From Rotaria socialis (lineage: Eukaryota), in the NCBI GenBank assembly GCA_905331295.1, contig CAJNYD010000596.1:1-64000 (forward strand): a DNA stretch of 64,000 nt, in the 5' to 3' direction. Shown here piece by piece: positions 27,691 through 40,500 of this stretch (positions are counted from its first letter, which is position 1; every line of letters starts with the position of its first letter). The notes beneath the pieces were generated by a model that did not search any database, was not told the DNA's origin, and saw nothing but the letters and a program-made list of their open reading frames with translations. The translations under genes were made by a program, and so were the position numbers.

Positions 27691-28489
27691 GNCCCCACCC
27701 CCCCCCCCCCCCCCCCCCCAAACCCTCAAAAAAGGAAATCTAAATCTATTCCTAACTTATAAATGGGAGTGATGTCAATTTATAAATTTTATAATTTATA
27801 AAAAAGAAATCTAAATCGATTCCTAAATTTCAAAGGCAGTACCAATTAGATAATGTTTTTCGTTTTTGTTGGGATGGTTTTTAAATGTTCGCATTTTCTT
27901 CATTTATTTTCGAATTGTGAATAGTTATTCGGACGTGAATTTATATTCGAATTCGAACTAGGCATTTCATGAATCACCGATGCTATCCGCTCTACGACTG
28001 ATCGTTTTTAGAAAAAGTGATCTTTTTTATAATGCTAGACATAATAAAACATTGCACGATTGCATTCCCTCCGATCTATTTTCAGTTGATACTAAAACGT
28101 TTTGCATTACAAATCAAAACTAATTTCTCCTGATTGTGCAATGAAATTTAAGTTGCATAGCAGATGTTGAAAGGTTCAAAATTAAACAGTAACAATTTCT
28201 ATGCTGAACAATTTCCCAAGCAGACAAGAATTTAGAAAACTACTTTTAAATATACAAAAAAAGGGCAAAAATCTAGGAGAAGTGGGTGTATTTGTATGAC
28301 AATCGTGGATTCTAACTGAGAGCTGAGAACGGTCATTTTTCCCAACCGTGCGAATCATAATTTGTGATTCTTTATTTCTTTTTAATAAGCAAATGAAACA
28401 TCATTGAAAAAAGAGCTTTTTAAGCTGAATGCATTGTTGTATCGTTATTCTATGAAAAAACGTTATGTATCACCAAATATAACTTTTTG

Positions 28490-28542
28490 GGAAAATGTTA
28501 CGGCTCAGCAGAACCGTCCGAACAGGCCTGGCTACGCCACTA
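28490..28542 (-). mobile_element. Single hAT-like terminus
   Basis: Reverse strand reads TAGTGGCGTAGCCAGG, nearly identical to the TIR at 29260. Partner end not found and may lie in the gap. Confidence 0.55.
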
Positions 28543-28844
28543 GGTACAACTGTTCTATTCATTTCTTCTTCTGGCCAGCGACCACCTTGACTATAATTCG
28601 GACTTCGTTTTACTTCTGATAAAAACCAATGAGGTACAATCATAATTTTATCTCCATATTTAATACTACGATAAACTGCAGCCCATCTATTTAAAGCTGC
28701 TGGATGATTCTGAGGTGGAAACACGGTATATTCATTTAAACGAACGGTACTTGGAACTAGATACCATCCTTGTCGTTGGGCTCGTTGCCAAGCATAACCA
28801 AATTCGTATGTGTCCACGTCAAACTGTTGCTGTTTAATCGACAT
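28543..28844 (-). CDS. Small uncharacterised ORF, 3' end cut by a transposon terminus
   Basis: Protein-like composition (MSIKQQQFDVDTYEFGYAWQRAQRQGWY...GGRWPEEE). The residues from SGVARP onward come from the TIR. Confidence 0.4.
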
Positions 28845-29259
28845 GCTTCTGTTGATATGCAACTAGTTTCGAAAGAAAATCTTTTGATATAGGTAGACGC
28901 TTAAGAGGATATGCGTGAATGAATATAAAGAGCAAAAAAGCCTTAATAAATACATGTGATCGATTGTGCTGATGAATAATTTTTTATGACGATTCATTAC
29001 CCAATCGTTAGTAATATCACAGTTTATTTACATCCCTATTCTCAACTTTATGCAGTAGTGATTGGCGTGCGCGACAATTACAATCAATGTATGCAATGCA
29101 CCTTCGTAAACATCGATCATCGCTTTTCCCCAACTTGCCAACTAACACATAGCTAGTAGTCAGATGAAGCATCACTGTAGCAGCACGTTTTAATAACCGT
29201 GATGAGTAATTTCGACGCTACTCCAAAGTGTGTGGGTGTGAATGTGGATTGCACCCACA

Positions 29260-30556
29260 CAGTGGCGTAGCCAGGGGGGGCGGCCATTGGGCAATTGTCC
29301 AATAGATTTTTTAGGCAATAGCAATGGCCCAACACCGAAAAATATTGATATACATGCATGTACGTTTAAAAACGTAGATGATGTTATTTTATAACGCTGA
29401 TTGCCGGTGAAATATATTCAAATGATCGAGAAAAGTCAATTGACGATATTTTCCACCGAAGCAATAATCAAAATAATGACAATTCTATCATATTTTAACC
29501 TGAAACAAACTTATGCCCTCACTTAAAGTTGGTGATCAAGATATTAGTGTATATTTATGAATCTTGCGAGAGAACATAGAATTCTTTTGAACGCAAACGA
29601 CAGACGTAGCTTAAACCGAATACTTGAACGGTATAAGTGTGGACAATACTTTCGCAATTTGATTAATAAAAATTCCAATTCGCAAAAGAAGATGTTAATG
29701 AGTGCCGTTTGAAAATTTCACTTAGGAATTAGTAGTAACAGTAATGGAATCGCATGTAAAACAATTAAGGGTATAGTCAAATTAAAATCGATTACAAAAT
29801 GATTAAAAATTGATTAAAATCATGCACCTTTTAGTCAATTTTTAATCAAAAATAATCGAAAAAATCAAAATTTCATTGATTATTTTGATCAATTTCGATT
29901 AAAATTCATGAAAAAAACCCGGTTTCAATTGATTTCTGTCCGTTATGCGTAAAAAGTCTTCAATTAATTTTCATCAATTTTAATCGAAATAGGTCAAAAT
30001 AATCAATGAAATTTTGATTTTTTCGATTATTTTTGATTAAAAATTGACTAAAAGATGCATGATTTTAATCGTTTTGTAATCGATTTTAATCTGATTATAC
30101 CCTTAATTTTTTTACATGGGATGATAATATATAGTTCAGAGAATGTACAGATAACTAAAAATATTAGCCGTTAAAAATCTTACAAGGTTGAAAGGACTCG
30201 CTAGGAATATAATATAGAGCAGCAGTCATCATTATGTGCTGGGAGATGATAAAGTGAGTTGATGTTCTTTTTGTTCTATTTATGATTAATCATGATTTTT
30301 ACTGTAGAAATAAATAGATAGTTATTTAGAAATAAAGAATTAATTTTATGAAAAAGAGAACATTAGCAAACACGGTCATTTCTAATATGGTAATGACAAA
30401 TTTCCTTGAAACAACATAGATTTGGAGGTAGCAATAAACTTTTGACAACTTCCAGTTGCGGCCCAATCGATTTTCAATTGCCCAATACAGCCCATGTATC
30501 AAAATAATTTAGCTGGGAAGCAGCCCAACGCTCAAAAAATCCTAGCTAAGCCACTG
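29260..30556. mobile_element. hAT-type non-autonomous element, 8-bp TSD
   Basis: TSD CACCCACA at 29252-29259 and 30557-30564. TIR CAGTGGCGTAGC / GCTAAGCCACTG. Confidence 0.9.
29751..30120. mobile_element. Nested palindromic MITE (CCC-terminal, possible 2-bp AT TSD, CMC/EnSpm-like)
   Basis: C(G/C)CATGTAAAA.AATTAAGGGTATA...TATACCCTTAATTTTTTTACATGGG with inverted arms of about 150 bp. AT on both flanks. Confidence 0.8.
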
Positions 30557-31675
30557 CACCCACACCATCAAGAGCTACTTAACAAGATTCCTTTGAATTT
30601 TATTCATCTGAATCTAATGAACTGATATCTTGCGCCATTTGATAAGATTCTAGTAAAATTGCCATGCCATTTATTGTGGTAGCTTTGACGCAGTCCACAT
30701 CTACACCCTCCAGTAGATACGATTGTTCGTTTCTCTTCACTACGAAATATGTAAGTGTAGATCAAAATTGCAATAACGAACTATGCGACAGAATCTATTG
30801 TACAACGTTAACAAAGTATTCGTAACTAGGTCAATACAAGAAATATTGAATAAGGTGTTAAAAGCGACTAATAAATTCACAGAACATCTTTTTGCATACA
30901 AATGAATGAACTGAGTCATAACGCCAGATACCATTTGAAAGAATCTTATATTGACGACTTGGCAAATGTGTCGAAATGCTTATGTTCTGTAAGTAAACCC
31001 TAGATATGATGCAGCATAGTTTTCAAATTATCCAAGCAACAGTTCGTCAGTCGTATCAATCTTATCGTAATCAAGATGATTATCTTCACTTTTGTTGATT
31101 TCGCAAAGCTCATTTGTTTTCCGAAATCATCCATGTATTGTAACCTAAACTATTCAAAGATTATTATAAAAGACTGAAATGCATTTTTTAATTAAGCAAC
31201 CGAATAAGTGAATTTCACGAAGAAAAGAGAGATAAATTGAAAGGTAAACGTTTATTAAATTTTATTTTTAACAGTAACGAAAATTTCCGTAACTACACAA
31301 TGCATAAGGAGTGATTGCCAAAGATGACAGAGTTTACTTTTGCAGAAAAAATGCAAAGTAAATTCTGTATCGGCTATTTTAGATTTCGTTACAAAAGATG
31401 TCGCATTTAATAGGCGAAGCATTCTCGCGCATTGCCAACGAATCACAAGTATGTGCTTTCGATCTTGATCAAACAGCACATGAATATGTATCATACATAA
31501 GCTTATGCTTATCATGTATCATCCGTTGGTTTTTCACTTTTATTTTATATTATTCAATTTCCAACAATTTTCTCGATCGTAGTCGGAAGAATTTTATTTA
31601 ATGGCTACTATATAACAACGTAGAAAAAGTATAATCAAGTCTAGTAATCGAAAATTTTCATTTTATTAAATATAA

Positions 31676-32863
31676 ATGACTGTCGTTGTAGAAATTAATT
31701 TGGGTGCATCATATTATGTAAGGTATTCGTGGTTCATTAAATTTTATGCATTAAATGCTTATTTCTGTTTTTTTAGTGTTGGCGCGTTTCAACATGGTAA
31801 AGTTGAAATCATTGCAAATGATCAAGGTAATAGAATAACACCATCATATGTATGTTGCATTTACGGATAGTGACCGTTTGATTGGTGATTCGGCTAAAAA
31901 CCAAGTAGCTATCAATCTGGATAATACAGTTTTTGCTGCTAAACGACTTATTGCTCGTAAATTTGATGATTCTACTGTACAGTCTGATGTGAAACATTAG
32001 CCATTTAAAGTAATTAATCGAAATGGTAAACGAATAATTCGAATTCAATATTAAAATGAAAGAAACTGCTGCACCGTATCTTGGAAAGCAAGTTTCTCAA
32101 GCTACTATGATAGTTCCAGCTTATTTCGATGATGCACAAAGACAGAACAATTGCTTATGGCCTAAATAAAAAAAACATTCGGTCAAAAATCTTTTCTCAT
32201 ATTTTGATTTTGGTGATGGCACATTTGATGTACCTATAATCAATATTGAGGATGGTATTTTCTATGGGAACATTCATTACACGTAATACCAGTATTCCAA
32301 CATCAGCAACACGATTTTTTGTACAACATATGCATAGCAGCAATCTAGTTTCGACATTTAAACCTTTGAAGGTGAACGTATAAAGACAAAAGATAATTAT
32401 TTACTAGGAAACTTTCCATTGACTAATATTCCATCTGCTTTGCGAGGTGTACCACCAATTGACCTAAGGTTTGATGTTGATGCTAATAGAATATTAAATG
32501 TATCTGCTCTGGAAAAATCAATTATCGAAGAAAGAACTTGAACAAATTATGAGAAGAACTCAAAGACATAGAGGAGACGATGAAATAGATCGTTCATGTC
32601 TAGCAGGAAAAAAATACACTGAAATCGTATTGTTTTAGTATAAAATTAACTATTAATGATGATAAAAATTGCATGGGAAATTTTTTAGATGATGATCAAA
32701 CAAAAGCAGAAGAAATGATTGAATCAAATCAGTGTAAAATGAACAAAATGGAAGACGTTTGCTCGTCAATCATTACTAAACTTTACATTGATTAGCAATG
32801 AAGACGGGAATTTTTCTTTATTTAGAAAATGCTACATCTTCAATTATTGAAAAATTCGATTAA
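31676..32863 (+). pseudogene. Cytosolic HSP70 pseudogene with stops, frameshifts and large deletions
   Basis: [58 protein letters not shown] and terminal IIEKFD* (for IEEVD). TAG replaces W in VKH*PF. One intron retained at about 31718-31776. Only about 1.2 kb long. Confidence 0.9.
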
Positions 32864-34645
32864 ACTTCACAAAGAAAAAAATATATTCTTTAGTTTATCG
32901 TATTCCGATGGTATTTGTTTTTCTAATTTTAAACAAATGATTTTTTTTTATCACAAATAAAATATTCTCTGAGTTATTATTGATTTTTGTTTTATTATTG
33001 AGAAAAAAACCAAGAAATTTTTTGCCACGATGAATCCGAATACCTAAAACAATCATGATGAATGAAAAGTTTGTCTCTTTGACGGTTTTCTCCTCCTAAT
33101 GGTTCAAACAATGCTTATAGTCAAGAGAAAGGTGTGTGGCTCTATAAGAATAATGTAGACAATTGTTTTCCGCAAAATACGCTCGAGTAGAAAAGTCAGT
33201 TACTTAGAATGTTTGAAGATTTCTAAAATTCTATTAACAGACATCATCACTTTACATAGCTTTTTTTATCTAGTAATCTTAGTACTTTTATAAGTAATTT
33301 CTTACTTTTTAGACACACTTGTATAACCTTTGTTAAATGAAAGTAACGTAGACTTCATTGATTTGCTCAAATAAAATCAATGTTTTTCTCTGAAATCAAC
33401 ATAGACTAAAAATAAATACGCATTACTTCAATCAAAACCTCGCTTTGAGTATTTTTGACTATTTGACATTAATTCAGCTGATTGTACTATGATACACAAA
33501 TAGAAATCGCTCGGTATCTACTTTTCTGATGTATTACTGGCATGCCGGAGCAATAAAAAACATAAACATTTGATGGCATTGGATGTAAAAAAGAGTAGTT
33601 TCCAAAACAATAAAAAGAAATTCCATTTTTTCAACCAAAACAAACTGAAAGTCTTTTCTCCTTTTTGTAGTTGCCACTCAATATATATTTATGAATGAAA
33701 TAACAATAAATTTCAAACAATTGTTTGCATTATTCGATTTGTATATGACTATGGAAGATTTATTTTTATTATTTTGAAAAAAAATTTCATTTGTAAATTT
33801 TTTCTTCAAGCAATACCTTGATATCACTAGGTAACCTTCTGCTTGAATTAATACTATCTTCATCCGACTCATAGTTTAGATTAAAAAAGAAACCCTTAGG
33901 CCTTATTTCTGGAGCTTTGCATCGATTTAGTTTTCTTTTTACTATCAGATGTATGTGGAGTGAATGACTCTCTCTCCTTCCTAAATATTCAAAGTAAATT
34001 TTTTTCGTACTTGATACCCTGATTGACTAAAGAAGACTTTTTACTATTTAGACACAAATGAACTATAAATATGCGCATAAGCATTCTTATATCAAGAATA
34101 TTATTGTCAAATGAAAATAGAGACAAGTCTGAAGGAAAATAATTTTTGTTTTTGAGGATCGTTCAGATCTTGGTGGTTTTCCTTCAATATTCGAATATTG
34201 AATTATAGTTCATATATGTATGCCAACATAATTGATTTTTACATGTCATGATAGAAGTACATCAAAAGATCTGAAAATTTCTTAAGAAACTATTCCTGCT
34301 AATATCTGTATCCATGCAGATTTTCACTTCGAAATTCCAAGATGAGTTATTCGGAAAGAGCATCGTCTCAATTTTTTGAAAAGCAACAAAATCAAAACAC
34401 GCACATTGATAAAAGTATTCATAGTTCATTTTATCTCCTGTAGTCTTAGTTCAAAAGCGATTCATCACTTCAAGGGTTCTTTCTCTCACTCGAGAGAATT
34501 TTCTTATCCTTACCTCACCTCACCTTATAGTATTCCTACGCTTACACACTTTGTTAATTGTATTAGAACCAATAATTTATCTTTCCAATTACTATTTATG
34601 TTTATTACTCTTTTCTTTACATAGAAATATATATAAGAGCAATAT

Positions 34646-36550
34646 ATGTTTGCCAACCGTAGTTATTGCATCATAAAATCATTCATCCGTCGTCAACATT
34701 TTTATATTGATAATTTCGATCTATCCGCGACCGGAATACCTCGGCATGAATTTCATCAGCGACGACAATCACTTGTTAATCTTATTCGAAATTATATAAA
34801 AACTGAGCAAAAGCAATCATGTAAAGATTTCACAATTTGCCTTCCATCATCGTCACGCTTATTTATGGGCCCTGATGTTGCCTATTTTCCATTTAAACAA
34901 CAATCAGATTTTTATTATTTGACCGGCTGTATGCAACCAGATGCTGTTCTATTGCTCAATGGTAATGAGGAAACATTTTCTACAAATCTGTTTTTATCAC
35001 GCAACACAACACATTCAATCGAGGAATATGAACGATGGTTTGGGCCAACGATAAGTGATAGAGAAAAAATTTGTGAAATATTTGGCATCGATGAAGTCTA
35101 TCCAATTGATCAATTGCTCACATTCAGATTTCCACCATCATCTACTTTGTTTTATAATGCACAATTTATTAATGATAAAACTATTAATAAACAGAATTTA
35201 GTACCTTTTTTAAAACGATTTTCATCATCGGTTGTTTGCAGTCAATTAACTAGTTTTCTTCATACATTACGATCAATAAAATCTTTGACTGAACAAAATC
35301 TTATTCGTCAAGCATGCGAATTAGTATCGAAAGCGTTTGTTAATACAATGAAAAATTGTAAAAAAGATACTCAAAATGAATATTTCATTAAAGCTCGATT
35401 TCAATATGAATGTGAAATACTTGATGATGTTTCAATGGCTTTCTATCCTGTTGTTGCAGCAAGTGGAAGGTAACTATGAAATATTAGTGTTATTCTAAAT
35501 CGATTATTTATCTAGATCGAATGTTATTCATTATCAAAAAAATAATCAAAACATAAATAAAGATGATCTAATTATGTTAGATGGCGGTTGTCTATTTAAA
35601 CAATATGCTAGTGATGTCACACGTCTATGGCCTATCAATGGTAAAATAAAATTCAATGAATAATCTGAAGATTTTTTTATCGAAGGTCGATTTTCGTCTG
35701 TGCAACGACAACTTTATGAAATATTGTTAGCTGTGCAAAAACATTTAATCAACTATTTAAATTTGGGTGACAATTTAGTAACACGAGAAAAATTAAATTC
35801 ATTAGCTGATCATTATATGACAAAATATTTACGTGAAGAATCTATTTTTCCGCGAGCAATCGATGATTATCATGCTAAAAATTTAATTCATGTTCTATGT
35901 CCAACCGGTGTTAGTCATCATCTCGGTACATAGGGAATTGTATTTTTCAATTAAATTCTATCGTTTACTTTAAGGCCTTGATGTTCACGATTGTGATTTA
36001 TATTCGTCTTCTGAAAAACTTCAACCCGGAAATATTATTACCATAGAACCTGGTAAGAAATTCAAAAATAAAATTTTTCTTTTTAAATTGACTGTTTGGA
36101 TGATGCTGGTTAAAAAGAGAAGACGGCTTTTAAGGGAAGTGACAGAAAATAGTATGGCCTCCTACTTCGCATTCTGTAATTCCATACTCTATGGTAACCG
36201 GAAATCGCTTATAGAGAACATGTGAAACTCTCGATATGACCATAGAGTCCCTTCTCTGCTAGCCCATCAATAGAAAACTTTCTTTGACATTTATTTACTT
36301 TTCATGCATCGCACTGTGAAAAATATGTTGATACTTAGTTTATTTTGTTTTCTTATCTATTTATTTAGGTCTCTATATTCCTTTCAACTGTAAAGATGTT
36401 CCACCAATGTATCGTGGCTTTGCATCACGAATAGAAGATGATGTTTTGTTAACAAAGCAAGGTTTTGAAGTATTGTCCAGTATGTGCCCAAAAGAAATCG
36501 ATGATTTACATCGAATTCTTGATGATAGGGACAAATCCAATATGCACTGA
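34646..36550 (+). CDS. XPNPEP3: Xaa-Pro aminopeptidase 3 (M24B), 5 exons
   Basis: FKQQSDFYYLTGC, YPVVAS, LDGG...YASDVTR, SHHLGLDVHD, TIEPG and RIEDD. Basic mitochondrial-type leader. Confidence 0.9.
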
Positions 36551-37581
36551 ATTTGTTTTCTTTGCTTCTCTATTTTTTTCCTATTAATCAAATTTGAATG
36601 CAGCATAAATCAAAATTATGTTTATTTATTAGTAAAAAATAAAGCTTTCACACATTGAAGATTAATAAAAAGATGGAAAACCAAAGAAGCTTTTCTAGAA
36701 ATATAAGTGTCGCATTCGATTTTCACTCGACATCTTTTTACTTCTATATGATCGTTTGACTATAGAAGTGTAGTCCATCAATAAAAATATATAGCTATTG
36801 TTTTCACTGATGACTTTTCCTAAAACGCCGATTTGACTCCAATAAATATTTCAGTCAGTAATTGCAATTAAACGTTGATGAGTTCGAATCGCTGTTTATC
36901 ATCATTAGTCGCATTGCTCTTACCCAATAGTATTTATGATGTTGCTAGTGTTTTTTTTTTAAATTATCAACAATTCATAATGCTAAGAGCTACAAAATGT
37001 TTAAAATTCTTAAAATATATTCTACCGTGAATAAATGAAACAAAATTGGCTTCATCAAACGATACAATCTTTGACAAAAGCAGATACCCCACTCCGAATG
37101 TAATGCTGCTATTCTCTACGATATTGAGCTGATATTTTTGATAACTATTTACGATAATAAATTCTTCATTTATCTCATCATCTTTCCTCAGAAATCGTTT
37201 TAAAATAACTGACATATCATCTGCTCACTAAGAATATCTGTTCAATAACAAACAATAATTTTTCATCAAAAATCAACTTTGATCTCAGTAAATTTTTCAA
37301 ATAGCGAAAAAGCATATATTTGAATTATAATTTCCTAGTATATGAATCAGTAGGGATGGATTTATGCTTGCGAATAGATTATATTATTGCACGCATGTAT
37401 GCAAAATACTAGCTCCATATCATAGTGAGAAGAGTACCATAACATTAGGAAGGGTAGCTACTTTTTTTCTAGGGCTGCAATTACACATACAAAAATCGAA
37501 CAAAACATTTAACAGAAAAGCAATAATACATCTCATTTTGATATTGTCTTCTTACAAACCGTTATCAAATGGAATGTATGT

Positions 37582-40500
37582 TTACGATTTGCTATTTGTT
37601 GTTGGTCCTTTCGTCTTTTTTTGTGTTGATATCGGAGAAATATATTTAATTTCACGAAATTGCATCTAAACAATAGAACGAAAAATAAAATATTTCTCTT
37701 TGCTACGAAGAATTACTCACAAGTTCTACATCAGACGGTAATCTTGATATAAAATCAGCTACTTCATTATTATCAATGAAATCTTTAGGTTTACGAAATC
37801 GTTTAGTAAATTTGTTAATAACAAATGCAAGAATCAAATATCGAAGTGGAATATAATAGAGTATGACAGCAACGATTGCAAGTACAATAGTAAGAAGAAT
37901 GGATAACCATGGAACAGTAAAATTAAATACACTAAACAAGATAAAAAGAATATTTAGTTTTTCTTCTAAAATATATTCACTTTTCTATTACTTTTTAACT
38001 CTTTCAAATGTTGAAGCAACAGCATCAAGATAACCTTGTATTTCAAGAATTGTGTCTTGAATAGTCGATATGAAACTGAGAAATGATTTTTTCTGTTCCT
38101 AAAACACAAACACAAAAGAATAGAAAAAAATGATTTGAAAAATTTACTATTAATTTACTTTCGGATTTCCCTCGCTATCTAGCATTTCTTCATCAACAGG
38201 TGCTGGTTGTACCATAGCTGCTATTGTTTCATCATTTAAACCAGTATAAGCTTTCCCAAGACGACCTTGACGATATTCTATAACGATATTTCGTGCTAAT
38301 AGTATCACAAATATACATGGCAACATGTACAGTTCAAAATTCCAAACAATAATGAGTGATACCTATAATATGAATCATTAGAAATAATATTTTCGTGAAT
38401 TTAGTCTTACCATAAATGCAGAAAAACTTAACCATGGATTTTCCCAATGAAAACAATAATCAATAAATTTAAGGACATTTAAAATACTTGTAACTATATT
38501 TTCAACTCGTGTTACATGTTGTTTTACAGCCTTAAAAATATATAAACATGAAGAAAAAGTTACAGTGCCAATATCTTACAAAGGAATTCGAAAATATGAT
38601 ATCGATCCAGCAGTAGTGTCAAGCTTGAAACTTGAATTCAGTTGAAAATAGAAAATTTCAACTTTCAACTTATGGCGATATATGTGTGAGTCACTATTTT
38701 TCAGAATTTAATATCTCATTTATTACAATGAGAGATCTATAAAGACTCCTGGCGCTGTAATGACTCTTTCAGTTGCTGATTTGAAATGTTTTTAACGAGT
38801 ACTTTGCTGAAAACTTTGCGAAGTGGCAGTCATAGAATGACCCTAGACTCAAATCACCTATTTAATAGTATACCGGGTTAAACTATGCTATAGGTTTATT
38901 CGTACGATTAATTAATGAGTCTATAACGCAAAACCAGAGAGCCTTTGGTAGATTGACACTTTATCTAAACTTTTTACTCGTATCATTTGACTTGTATACT
39001 TCAAGACTCTGGTGAAGATCATGTTCTACGAAAGAACAAACTTGATTTTAATAAAAATACATACTGCAACACTGAATTTTTCTTCGGCTTTATAATATGA
39101 TGTTTGTCTTGGATTGAATGTTCGAATCACTGCCTTGAGCTAAAATCAAAATGAACAATAATTGAAAGACTTCCTTCATTTCCAAAGAAAAATACTCACA
39201 TTTGTATAAACTAGTGTTGCCTCTATTTCAATAGCACCTTTCATAGGTAATAAACATTTTTCATCTTTTAATCCCATCCATTTCTTTTGTCCATTATTTA
39301 TCTTAATAAAAATCAACAAAACTAAAAATCATAGAAAGAATAATTTGCCATACAGATAGTAATGGTATTGAAACTCGTCCAAGAAATTCACTTGTTTTAT
39401 TAGAATCTTCATCGTAAATTGTTAAATCAAGTGTAGAATGAATATCTTGTACAGGTATAATAAAAGATTTATTCCAGGCAGGACCAAGTGTCTTATAAAT
39501 TGTATGCGTACGCAAACGATTTCCATCGAGTTCAACAACACAAAATGGATCTGATTTGCCATTTATATCTTTCGAGCTTAGATCACGTGCTTGATAAACT
39601 AAATTTTAGTGTATTAAGAGAATTTCATTGGAATAATAAAGACTAAAAAGAAATAATCTTTACTTTTGATTTCTACTTTGCCGACATCAAATATGGGAAC
39701 GATCGATCGAAATGTCGAGAGAAGTTTCTATGAAATAGAAAAAAAAGATTGTCCTATATGAATGAAATTCCCGTTTTTTTTTGGTCTTCAATACGAACAT
39801 AGCGTCCAATATCTTCGTCAGTTAATTTTGATGGTATATACTCAAGAGCAACATTACATGAACTGTCACCATCATTCGTTGCTTCTTGTAATGGTGTTGT
39901 TCCTGTTATAGTTATAAATACATCAATTGTACCAGCATTATCTTCAAGTTCAACAGGTAATTTATGTGTTTGTTCTTCTGCTAAATGAGATAGATTACAG
40001 GTTGCTCTAAAGCAAAAGAAAATAAAATCAAAAAAAATATGACGAAAATAATTTCTTTGATTTAATTACCGGCCTATGAATTCTGCTGAAGCATTTGTGT
40101 CATCGTAAACAGTAAATTCTAATGGTGGAAGAATAGTAAGATTTGTATCGTACATAAATGATTGATGCCATTTAGGATTCGAATTAGATTTTATTGTCTG
40201 AGAAATAAAATTGAATTACAAAACAAAAATATTTTCTGCACTGCTTCTATAGATAATCTGTATGAAAACGTTTCGCGCATGATTTCCAATTTTTTCAACT
40301 TTGGTTCAATTTAGAAAAAAATTCAATTACCTATTTGCATTCTCAATTATTTATATGAAAAAAAATTTTGTTTATGGAAAAACTTCATTTTTCTTACTTG
40401 TGTTCGATATTTTCTATTCAGTCCAAATTTCAGTTTAACATAAGCACTACAAGGTTTATTACTATTAAATGATGTTAAATTTCGTCCTTGAATTAGAAAA

